A stretch of 64,000 bases of DNA from a virus (lineage: Duplodnaviria > Caudoviricetes). The notes beneath the pieces were generated by a model. That model was not told the origin of the DNA. It worked only from the letters and a program-made list of their open reading frames with translations, and made no database searches. Positions 27,530 through 36,104 of the stretch are shown piece by piece. Every line of letters starts with the position of its first letter. Position 1 is the first letter of the stretch. The stretch spans positions 26,834 through 90,833 of the IMG/VR virus record IMGVR_UViG_3300014204_000145, one strand, 5' to 3'. Made by a program: the position numbers and the translations under genes.

Positions 27530-28433
27530 AGCTGTAATTGTTTTAATGAATTGTTTTTAATGTTTACTAAGATGTTTGATTGTTTGAAGATTATTCTAAG
27601 ATGTCTTCATCATCTTCTGTGTATATGAATACACATTGTCCATTGATTAATAGATGTTCTGCCATTGTCTTATATGTATATTAATTATTAATATCTCTAT
27701 ATAATAATAGATAGAGATTGATAAATTGATGATGTTATAATCATAAGATTAGGAGCTGTTGGTAGTCCACCCCTAGCAACACTAAGCATACAACAATTAA
27801 CTAAAGATTTAGTAAGAAGTTGTTAACATTCTTATTAACAGTTGATAATATATACAAGTCTCATGAGAAAAGTGACGGTATACATAAACCACGTAAGTCC
27901 TTGGGGGCGTTTTGAGGGGGGTCGTCTCTAATTTTGTCCATGCAGATAAAAATTAAAAATATAATTTTAACCACTAAAAATAAAAATAAAAATTTTATGA
28001 CTTTCCTGTCCGTATCTTTAGTCTCACTCTAGGATACAGCAGTATCACTAGACAGTTATGACTTCTTAGGATTAATAGGTTATTAAGAATATAATATATG
28101 TTTAAGGGAGCTTATGTGCCCCCTGTCGATTAAGTTGAGAATAAGTAATACCTGAAGATGTGGATATCAGTGGGCACTAGAATCGACTAAGCTGATGCAC
28201 TCTCTAAAGGATTTAATGTATCTGAACCAACAGTAGTTCTTACTGAAGTTTAGCTAGATTAAGGAGACTTTAGCTATCCGTGTGTAGGTATAAAAGAAAA
28301 TACCCTATAGAAAATATGAAACTGCTTACATCTCACTATCCACCGTTAGGGTATTTCTTGTAGGAGTTACACTCCAAAATATCTTTAAGAAAGATAATGA
28401 AGATGTAAGCACTACAAATATATAAACTTTTAG

Positions 28434-28441
28434 TATATTTG
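28434..28441 (+). promoter_or_regulatory. Bacteroidota -7 promoter element (TAnnTTTG)
   Basis: TATATTTG shortly upstream of ORF 28469. Confidence 0.45.
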
Positions 28442-28468
28442 CAACATAAATCTTAATTATTTTTATAA

Positions 28469-28681
28469 ATGTTTGAACATTTATTTAAAGACAGACATTC
28501 AGGATATACAGCACTAGGGAGAGATAGAAACTGTGCTCTAGCTAAAATACAATATAAATGCTATACATCTAATGTTTGTATCCCTAATCCTGAAGATATT
28601 ATTAATATAACTCCCGAGTGGGCTATACCTGAACCTGTAAATGAACCTGTAAAACTCCCTACTATTTCTTTCTCAATGTAG
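28469..28681 (+). CDS. Hypothetical small protein
   Basis: 70-aa first ORF of the right arm. Confidence 0.45.
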   Translation: MFEHLFKDRHSGYTALGRDRNCALAKIQYKCYTSNVCIPNPEDIINITPEWAIPEPVNEPVKLPTISFSM

Positions 28682-28764
28682 ATAAATACACTTGCAGGAA
28701 AACTTTTTACACTTCTAAGTGAAAATAATACACTTCAAAGTGTACACTTTATATTATATTGTAT

Positions 28765-28772
28765 TATATTTG
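28765..28772 (+). promoter_or_regulatory. Bacteroidota -7 promoter element (TAnnTTTG)
   Basis: TATATTTG upstream of ORF 28801. Confidence 0.5.
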
Positions 28773-28800
28773 TACTATATTAATTAAATAAATATACAAT

Positions 28801-29193
28801 ATGACACTAATAGACAGAAAAGAAATACCTAAAGAACTTGATTCAGTTTTCCTTCTTGCAGACACTCTTCAAGAACTTATCCCAAGACTTAATAGAAGAA
28901 AAGTATCTCTTCACTATTTAACAGGGCCTGTTTGTATGCAAGGAAAGAGATGGGCTATGCTAGAATTAAGATATTCTTATACAGCATATGCAATTGATGG
29001 TACCCCTATTAATATAACTGAAACATTACTAGCAAGAGAAGTAATGTTAAGACCTTCTCAATTAGAACGTATACAACTTGAGAAACTAAATAAAGATTTT
29101 ATGCATGATATAATGCAATATATATGTCATGATATACCAACTAACGAAGGTGTGTACTTAAAAACAACACCTTTTAAAAATATAATTAATTAA
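28801..29193 (+). CDS. Hypothetical protein
   Basis: 130-aa ORF. Confidence 0.6.
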   Translation: MTLIDRKEIPKELDSVFLLADTLQELIPRLNRRKVSLHYLTGPVCMQGKRWAMLELRYSYTAYAIDGTPINITETLLAREVMLRPSQLERIQLEKLNKDFMHDIMQYICHDIPTNEGVYLKTTPFKNIIN

Positions 29194-29204
29194 ACAGTTA
29201 TAAT

Positions 29205-29711
29205 ATGGAAACTAAATACTACACCCCTTCAATAGATGAGTTCTGTATCGGATTTGAATATGAATACTCTTTGATGGGTCATAGATTTGTAAAGGAAAAT
29301 AATACTCTAGTAAATCGCACTGAACCAGTGAAACATTGGATAAAAGGTATTGTTGAGGATATAGATACACTAAAGATGTTGGAAGTTAATTTTATAAATA
29401 CAGATAGGTTAAGAGTTAAGTATCTTGATAAAGTTGATATTGAATCTTTAGGATTTGAAGAAGAAGATTACTCTGATTTAGACATAGGTAAATTTACAAA
29501 AGTCTATGCAACATTTGGTAAGAATAAAGACACCAAACTGTATGGTGCTACACTATTTACAGGGAACATAGTAGACAGTACGTATATAAAAATAGATGGA
29601 GCAATTTCTCCAGGGCCTATCATGGGGTATTTAGGGAGAACGATATTCAAAGGTAACATTAAAAATAAAACAGAGTTAGGAAAACTTCTTAAACAATTAA
29701 ACATAATATAA
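29205..29711 (+). CDS. Hypothetical protein
   Basis: 168-aa ORF; METKYYTPSIDEFCIGFEYE...KNKTELGKLLKQL. Confidence 0.65.
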   Translation: METKYYTPSIDEFCIGFEYEYSLMGHRFVKENNTLVNRTEPVKHWIKGIVEDIDTLKMLEVNFINTDRLRVKYLDKVDIESLGFEEEDYSDLDIGKFTKVYATFGKNKDTKLYGATLFTGNIVDSTYIKIDGAISPGPIMGYLGRTIFKGNIKNKTELGKLLKQLNII

Positions 29712-30025
29712 TGGAGCTTAAATTTCCTAAGAAAATAACCATACTTGGTTATCCGTTTAAAATAACTTATAGTAAGACACATGGTGGAGGAGCATTTAAC
29801 TTCTCTACACTATCTTTAGAAATAGGTACAGAATTTATAGAGATAGACCCTATACAAACCCTATTAACTATTAATCATGAATTAATGGAGATGATATTAG
29901 AAGGCATGTATTTAAGGTATACTGAAGGAGATGCAGCAGCAGGTTGGAGATTCTCTTTTACTCATAAAGAGTTCTGTACTGCAATGGCAATATTTACAGA
30001 GAAACAAAAAGAATTTATAAAATAA
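29711..30025 (+). CDS. Small zincin-like protein
   Basis: LLTINHELME (HExxE variant) preceded by beta strands. Confidence 0.5.
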   Translation: MELKFPKKITILGYPFKITYSKTHGGGAFNFSTLSLEIGTEFIEIDPIQTLLTINHELMEMILEGMYLRYTEGDAAAGWRFSFTHKEFCTAMAIFTEKQKEFIK

Positions 30026-30030
30026 ATAAT

Positions 30031-30375
30031 ATGTGTGGAGAAGGACAAAACCCAACAGCCTACGAGAGAGTAGATGACCTTTGCTTAGATGTTTTATACG
30101 GAATAGCTAAGTATAACAGTAGTTATGATAAGATTGTACACCAAGAAGGGGATGGCTATCCTTTACAAGTAATCTTAGAGTTTCCTACCGAGACTATTAA
30201 AGAGGTGATAAGTGAACTCCTAATGAAATATACATCTTTTACAACAAATGATGACGGCACTATATCATTGTTAAATGGTATAAGAATAAGAGAAAACAAA
30301 GCATTAAAAGGTAAACAATTTAATATTGCAGAATATGAGTATTCCACAGAATTGGATAGAGAGAGCAAAGAATAA
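30031..30375 (+). CDS. Hypothetical protein
   Basis: 114-aa ORF. Confidence 0.55.
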   Translation: MCGEGQNPTAYERVDDLCLDVLYGIAKYNSSYDKIVHQEGDGYPLQVILEFPTETIKEVISELLMKYTSFTTNDDGTISLLNGIRIRENKALKGKQFNIAEYEYSTELDRESKE

Positions 30376-30598
30376 GGACTATTTTTATAACAGTTATCTT
30401 AACAGGTTTAGAACACCTAAAGAGATTGTAGATAGTTGGTTTGATAGGGCACACACTTTACAGATAGAAAATCCTGAAGAGTTTGCAAGACTTTGGAAAG
30501 AAGCTTTTGAAAAAGCACCTCCAATAGAATGGTTGATACTGCCTGAAGGAGAAGAAGAACTGAAGTTTAATAATAAGTACATTTGGGAATTAAAATAA
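30335..30598 (+). CDS. Hypothetical protein
   Basis: ATG at 30335 preferred over the TTG at 30326. Confidence 0.5.
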   Translation: MSIPQNWIERAKNKDYFYNSYLNRFRTPKEIVDSWFDRAHTLQIENPEEFARLWKEAFEKAPPIEWLILPEGEEELKFNNKYIWELK

Positions 30599-30619
30599 TT
30601 ATTAATTAAATAAATAACA

Positions 30620-30952
30620 ATGAAGAAAGAAGAAAAAGAAAGCATCAGATTTAAACCTCACAGAGGGTATATCGCTATTGCATTACCTGCAGAAGCTTAC
30701 CCTGTTGAAAACCTAGAGTTCACTTCTAAAGCAGCTTGGATGGCTATAGTAGATGAAAAAGGTAAAGAGTATGTGAATGGTGAGTTGACGGTTGTTGCCA
30801 TTGGAGAAGGAGTGGACACAGTAGCAGTAGGAGATAGAATAATTGCAGCTACACACGCTAGACTTCAGCGTATAGAAATAGAGGTAGGTACTAAGTATCC
30901 AAAATTATATTGGGTAATGAGAGAGTCTGAAATTTTAGTTATCATGGTGTAA
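30620..30952 (+). CDS. groES: GroES-like co-chaperonin
   Basis: FKPHRGYIAI...VVAIGEGVDTVAVGDRI...VMRESEIL. Confidence 0.75.
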   Translation: MKKEEKESIRFKPHRGYIAIALPAEAYPVENLEFTSKAAWMAIVDEKGKEYVNGELTVVAIGEGVDTVAVGDRIIAATHARLQRIEIEVGTKYPKLYWVMRESEILVIMV

Positions 30953-31374
30953 TGAAGAACAAGGAGAGTCTAAATATTGTAACGTTTCGTAAGAATTGTA
31001 TTGTTAAGAACAATACTCCTGAAGAATTCTTTACAGTATTTTTATCTAATCTTAATACTATCTGTGAAGTAAATAAACCTGGAGATATTAAAGTCTTAGC
31101 ATTCTTATGTGCTAAGGCTGATTTAGATGGAAGGGTTCAATTATCTTCTAAGATACGTAAAGAGATTACAGAGAAAATTGGATACTCTTCTTCTGCATTC
31201 TCTAACTCACTATCAAGACTTAAGATGACAGACACTATCACAGGAGAAGGAGGGGATTATGAAGTTAATCCCCAATACTTCTGGGATGGTACAACAGAAG
31301 AGAGAAGACAATTATTAAGAGATAGAAATTTTGATTTACTATTAAGGTTTAGAATGAACGATGTCAAAATATAA
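30952..31374 (+). CDS. RepL-like winged-helix protein
   Basis: HTH followed by YEVNPQYFWDG; typical neighbour in the crAss late module. Confidence 0.65.
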   Translation: MKNKESLNIVTFRKNCIVKNNTPEEFFTVFLSNLNTICEVNKPGDIKVLAFLCAKADLDGRVQLSSKIRKEITEKIGYSSSAFSNSLSRLKMTDTITGEGGDYEVNPQYFWDGTTEERRQLLRDRNFDLLLRFRMNDVKI

Positions 31375-31448
31375 TATAGCACAGCACTGCATTAAGTGCC
31401 GAGATGTAAAACCTCACATATCAACTAAAGAAGGTTTAGAGTGTATAT

Positions 31449-31826
31449 GTGGTTATAAAAGCAAATATGAAAAACGTACTGAAAGCAAGGCTGAGTAAAG
31501 ACGACTTTATAGTAGCCTACTTAAAAATATGGAACGGAGGACTTCAACTAACAGATAAGGAATTTTCTATTGTAGTTGAAATCGTTAAGTTGTATATGGA
31601 CTACACAGAGCAAGGAGTTAAAGACCCTGCCCTATCTGAATTAGTATTCTCACCAAAGAATATGAAAAAGGTTAAAGAGGTACTTGATATCTCTAAACAA
31701 AACTGGAACAACTATAAGAATAAGCTTATAGAAAAGAAAATAATTTTAGGAGATGAAACAGGGCCTACATTAAATCCTCTACTATATCCTAAGAAAGAAA
31801 TAACATTTGAATTTGAAATAATATAA
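31449..31826 (+). CDS. Winged-helix-like hypothetical protein
   Basis: ISKQNWNNYKNKLIEKKII...LNPLL. Confidence 0.55.
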   Translation: MVIKANMKNVLKARLSKDDFIVAYLKIWNGGLQLTDKEFSIVVEIVKLYMDYTEQGVKDPALSELVFSPKNMKKVKEVLDISKQNWNNYKNKLIEKKIILGDETGPTLNPLLYPKKEITFEFEII

Positions 31827-32188
31827 TGTATACAGACATAAGTAAAATAGGTAAGAAAGAACGCAAAGCCGTTCAAGAAAAGCAATCTCAGATTAGATTC
31901 TTCAGGAAGACTCTAGATGAGCATTGTGCCAATAAACCTGTTATAGATATGACAGAGACAGACCCAGAGAAACTACACAACACAACACAAGCTGTAGCAG
32001 GTTGGGCTTATAGGAGAGGTAAATTAATAAGAACATTAGATGAATTAGGATATGAGTTTAAAGGAGATAATGAAAGGGTTTACAGGGAAAGCCTTGAGCA
32101 AGGCAGGGCTTTTAGAGAAATATATGGAGAACAAAGCTTCCCAAAGATTAGCGATATGTCTACAGTGCCCAATACTATTGAAGACTAG
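31826..32188 (+). CDS. Hypothetical protein
   Basis: 120-aa ORF; 3' end overlaps the next ORF by 137 nt. Confidence 0.5.
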   Translation: MYTDISKIGKKERKAVQEKQSQIRFFRKTLDEHCANKPVIDMTETDPEKLHNTTQAVAGWAYRRGKLIRTLDELGYEFKGDNERVYRESLEQGRAFREIYGEQSFPKISDMSTVPNTIED

Positions 32189-32282
32189 TATGAAGTGTGA
32201 TAAAAATAAAGGTGGGTGTAATTGCTTCGTAGAAGCTAAAGTTTATTGTAATAGTTGTAAATGTCCTAAAGGAAAATGGTAA
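32052..32282 (+). CDS. Small Cys-rich protein
   Basis: RLAICLQCP...CNC...KCPKGKW. Confidence 0.65.
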   Translation: MSLKEIMKGFTGKALSKAGLLEKYMENKASQRLAICLQCPILLKTSMKCDKNKGGCNCFVEAKVYCNSCKCPKGKW

Positions 32283-32581
32283 TGAATATATTTAATAGAA
32301 TAAAAAAACTGTTTAAGAAGAATAACACAATAGCATCTAAAGATGATTGCGTAATTCTCAGGTTTCAAAGAGGTTTTATAGCAGAGAAAACCGTCTTCAG
32401 TGAAAGTGAAGCAATAGAATTTTGTCTACGACAAAACTATAAAGCATACACTTCTTTAAAGGGCTTTATCATTCAAGACTATAAAGTGTGGATAGGAAGT
32501 GCAAAAGATGTTTCTTTGAGAAACTACGGTAAAGACTATACAAATATCCCTGTATACACATACTTACAAATATCACATTAA
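32276..32581 (+). CDS. Hypothetical protein
   Basis: 101-aa ORF. Confidence 0.5.
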   Translation: MVMNIFNRIKKLFKKNNTIASKDDCVILRFQRGFIAEKTVFSESEAIEFCLRQNYKAYTSLKGFIIQDYKVWIGSAKDVSLRNYGKDYTNIPVYTYLQISH

Positions 32582-32582
32582 T

Positions 32583-33014
32583 ATGAAAATGGTAATGAAA
32601 ATGATGAAATACCAAACTCTATCAAGAGTTGTTGAAGGTAAAACACAATATATTAGTGGCTGTATAGACTACCCTTCTGTGTGGCGAGATACACACTACA
32701 GTTATATGCAATACAAAGCAATAGCTAATGAAAGAGAGTATGCAAAACGTACACACATAAAAGTACTTGTATCGGTAGGTGGGTACAATGTGGTAGATAC
32801 AGAAGGAGTCGTAGAATACCTAAACTACAAAAACTTTGATATTAAGTACCCTGAGTATGCAGGAAAACACTATGAGTTTTATGAAGGTATTGAAATAAAA
32901 GAATCAGGGTATGGCACAGGAGATGCAGGATTCTTTTTCCCTCAAGACCGAATAAGTTCTGTAACAGGAACTTATAGTATAAGACCTGATGGAACCTTTA
33001 TAAAAAAATTATGA
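32583..33014 (+). CDS. Hypothetical protein
   Basis: 143-aa ORF. Confidence 0.55.
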   Translation: MKMVMKMMKYQTLSRVVEGKTQYISGCIDYPSVWRDTHYSYMQYKAIANEREYAKRTHIKVLVSVGGYNVVDTEGVVEYLNYKNFDIKYPEYAGKHYEFYEGIEIKESGYGTGDAGFFFPQDRISSVTGTYSIRPDGTFIKKL

Positions 33015-33595
33015 AGATAGTAGAAACATTCAGTCCTGAAGCAAACTTTTGGAAAGAACACAGTCAACTAGCAGCAGCAGGGCCTATAAAGAAATTATAT
33101 GATGAGGATACTTCTAAACAAAAGATGGTATCCTCTAAACTTATGTGGTGTATAGTACTTATATGGGATAGAAATTCTTTATTCTATAACTTACCTGAGA
33201 TAGGTGAAGACAGTAAGATAGTTACGATATTTGAAGATTATTATGGTTCCTTAGAAGCATATGAATCTAATAAAGCTTTAATAAATGAAATAAAAGATTT
33301 CTATCTAAAACTTCAAGAAACTCCTGCAGAAAGAAGTGTAAGGTCTGTTGAGAAGAAGTTAGAAGAACGTGCAAAATTCTTAAATGAAACTGATTATACT
33401 TTAGGTACACCTACAGAGAAAGGGACTTGGGTAGGAGGTACAGCAGCTATATTAGATGGTATGTTAGCTAACACTAAGAAGATAACAGACTTATATGAAA
33501 CAGCTCTTAAAGCTGTAGCTACAGAAGCTTATAAATCTGATGGTATAGCAAAAGGTGGAGGACGTTCATCTGCAAGTGATGAAGAAAAGATATAA
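33011..33595 (+). CDS. Conserved helical protein; terminase small subunit candidate
   Basis: Position two genes upstream of terL; helical sequence ending KGGGRSS. Confidence 0.45.
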   Translation: MKIVETFSPEANFWKEHSQLAAAGPIKKLYDEDTSKQKMVSSKLMWCIVLIWDRNSLFYNLPEIGEDSKIVTIFEDYYGSLEAYESNKALINEIKDFYLKLQETPAERSVRSVEKKLEERAKFLNETDYTLGTPTEKGTWVGGTAAILDGMLANTKKITDLYETALKAVATEAYKSDGIAKGGGRSSASDEEKI

Positions 33596-33598
33596 ACT

Positions 33599-33841
33599 AT
33601 GATAGAACATTGGAGTAAATATAAAGAGATTGCAAAGAAGAGAGGTTTATCTATTGATACAATACAAAAGATATGTGACTCTCAGTTTGAGTTTGTTCGT
33701 AATACTATGATGGAAGGTAATGACCAATCTGTTAGATTACAATATCTAGGAGTGTTTAGAGTGGAACCTGGTAAGAGAGAAAAGGTTAAGAGAAGAAATG
33801 CTAAGATAGCAGAGATTAAAAGAAAGAAAAGGAATGGCTAA
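33599..33841 (+). CDS. IHF/HU-like DNA-binding protein
   Basis: SQFEFVRNTM...VRLQYLGVFRV, directly upstream of terL as in crAss-like phages. Confidence 0.7.
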   Translation: MIEHWSKYKEIAKKRGLSIDTIQKICDSQFEFVRNTMMEGNDQSVRLQYLGVFRVEPGKREKVKRRNAKIAEIKRKKRNG

Positions 33842-36101
33842 GATTAATAAAAGAAATGATGAAGTTAATTACGTTGATGAAAAGAAACATCAAAGGTATG
33901 TCTCTAATATTAATTTTATTCATGACATAGAAGAAATCAATCCTCTGTCTATAAAATATCTTAAGTATTGGAAAGAGGTTAAACGTAGATGTATAGAAGG
34001 TTACTGGTTTGAAGGTAAATGGATGCCAGGTTCTTTATACTTCTATATAAACTTGTGGAAGATACGTTTAAGTAAAGATAATAATGCTAAGTCTAAGGTT
34101 ATAGGGAGACCGTTTTTAAGGGACTTAGAATGGGAGAAATCTTATGTATACGCTGAAGCAAAAGGATTTTCAGGATTCTTAGAAGACAGTGAAACAACTT
34201 GTCATAGACTTATTCCTGTTGTAGAGAAGATGGAGAATTGGAGAGAATTCTACAACTTACCACCTGAAGTATTTAAACCTAACGGTAGCTTTAAAAAATA
34301 TATACCTGCTAGAGAATACTTAAGAATGACTCATACAACTGACTTAGGTAAACCCTTATTTCAGAATGGTGCAAAGAATGTTATAGACATACAAGCCAGA
34401 GGCGGGGGGAAGAGTTATGGTATGAGTGGACTTGTAGGACATAATTTTACTACAGATGGTGCTACAGATTACGATGAGTATTTTGAAGGACTTACTAATG
34501 GTAATAGAATGGCTTGTGAAACAATGGTTGGTGCTATAGATAGTGCTTACTCTAAAGATTTATTAACCAAAGTACAACTAGGTTTTGATGAATTAGTTGG
34601 AGAACAGATGTTTCAAAATGAAGCTTATCCAAGTCCTATGAAGAAAGGATACAACGGTTCTTGGTTTTCAGGAAAACAGTTTATAGAAGCTAAGGTAGAT
34701 AAGATGATAGGGGGACGTTGGAAACGTGTGGGTTCAGGTTCTATTATATATCATAGAAGTTTTAGAGATGACCCATTCTCAGGTAATGGTACACGTTGTT
34801 CTCTAATAGTATTAGAGGAGGTCGGTTTCTTTAGTAATTTAAAAGCTACTTTAGGAGCCTTAAAAGATACTACATATAACGGCCCTAATAAGTATGGGGT
34901 AATATACATGACAGGTACTGGGGGTGATATGGAAGGTGGTTCTTCCGAACAAGCTATGGAAATTTTTAATAATCCCTCAGGCTTTGATTGTCTTGAGTTT
35001 AATGATATATGGGAACAAACAGGTTCTATAGGGTACTTTGTACCTTATGAAGCAACACTTAATGAATATAGAGATTCAGAAGGAAGAACAGATTGGGTTA
35101 AAGCTAAGAACTATGTAGATATAAAAAGAGAGAATTTAAGATTAGGTAAATCTAAAAAACCTCTTTATGATGAGATGCAGAATAATCCTAGAGTACCTTC
35201 AGAAGCATTCCTTACAATGAATTCTAACATATTCCCTGTAGGTGAATTAAAAGAACATCTAGGTTGGTTAAGGTCTAATCAACATGATGCCTTTGTTAAA
35301 GGTCAAAATGGAGAATTAGTATGGGAACAAGGAGAAGGACAAGTTGCACCAAGAGTTAAATGGCTCCCTGACTTGCATGGTAAACTAACACCTTGTTGGT
35401 TTAAGATGAAGAAAGAAGATGATGCTACAGGTTGTATACAAATATGGGAGCATCCTCAAGCAGTAAATGGACAAGTGCCTTATGGACTGTATGTAGCTGG
35501 TAATGACCCTTATGACCAAGACCAATCAGTACATACAATGTCTTTAGGTTCTACTTTTATATATAAAACTTTTAATACAGAAGAAGGAATATATGAATGG
35601 CCTGTTGCAGAATATACAGCAAGACCTGCTACAGCAGAACAACATCATGAGAACGTACGTAAGCTATTAACTTATTACAATGCTACTTGTCTATACGAAA
35701 ATGAAAGAAACTCTCTTAAAATGCATTTTTCTAACAAACATTCCTTACATTTGTTAGCGAAAACTCCAACGATATTAAAATCTACGGAAGGTTCAAAAGT
35801 TCAAAGAGGTTATGGTACGCATATGACAGCACAGATAAAGGATGAGCTAGAGATATATACAAGAGATTGGTTAATGCAGGATGCAGGGGATGGTAGACTT
35901 AATCTTCATAAAATATATTCTATACCTCTATTAGAAGAGTTTATATATTACAATAAAGAGGCTAATTTTGATAGGATTATCGCAATCATGCTTACCATAT
36001 GTCATCGTATGATGAACTATCACACTAGAGTTAGTGAGGTAGTAGAAAAGAATAACGACTTTGATACTTTTTTTAAGAGGGTTAATAAATTTTATAACTA
36101 A
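33834..36101 (+). CDS. terL: Terminase large subunit
   Basis: Walker A-like ARGGGKS, Walker B LIVLEEVG, YMTGTGG, nuclease GNDPYD...DRI. Confidence 0.95.
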   Translation: MAKINKRNDEVNYVDEKKHQRYVSNINFIHDIEEINPLSIKYLKYWKEVKRRCIEGYWFEGKWMPGSLYFYINLWKIRLSKDNNAKSKVIGRPFLRDLEWEKSYVYAEAKGFSGFLEDSETTCHRLIPVVEKMENWREFYNLPPEVFKPNGSFKKYIPAREYLRMTHTTDLGKPLFQNGAKNVIDIQARGGGKSYGMSGLVGHNFTTDGATDYDEYFEGLTNGNRMACETMVGAIDSAYSKDLLTKVQLGFDELVGEQMFQNEAYPSPMKKGYNGSWFSGKQFIEAKVDKMIGGRWKRVGSGSIIYHRSFRDDPFSGNGTRCSLIVLEEVGFFSNLKATLGALKDTTYNGPNKYGVIYMTGTGGDMEGGSSEQAMEIFNNPSGFDCLEFNDIWEQTGSIGYFVPYEATLNEYRDSEGRTDWVKAKNYVDIKRENLRLGKSKKPLYDEMQNNPRVPSEAFLTMNSNIFPVGELKEHLGWLRSNQHDAFVKGQNGELVWEQGEGQVAPRVKWLPDLHGKLTPCWFKMKKEDDATGCIQIWEHPQAVNGQVPYGLYVAGNDPYDQDQSVHTMSLGSTFIYKTFNTEEGIYEWPVAEYTARPATAEQHHENVRKLLTYYNATCLYENERNSLKMHFSNKHSLHLLAKTPTILKSTEGSKVQRGYGTHMTAQIKDELEIYTRDWLMQDAGDGRLNLHKIYSIPLLEEFIYYNKEANFDRIIAIMLTICHRMMNYHTRVSEVVEKNNDFDTFFKRVNKFYN

Positions 36102-36104
36102 AAT

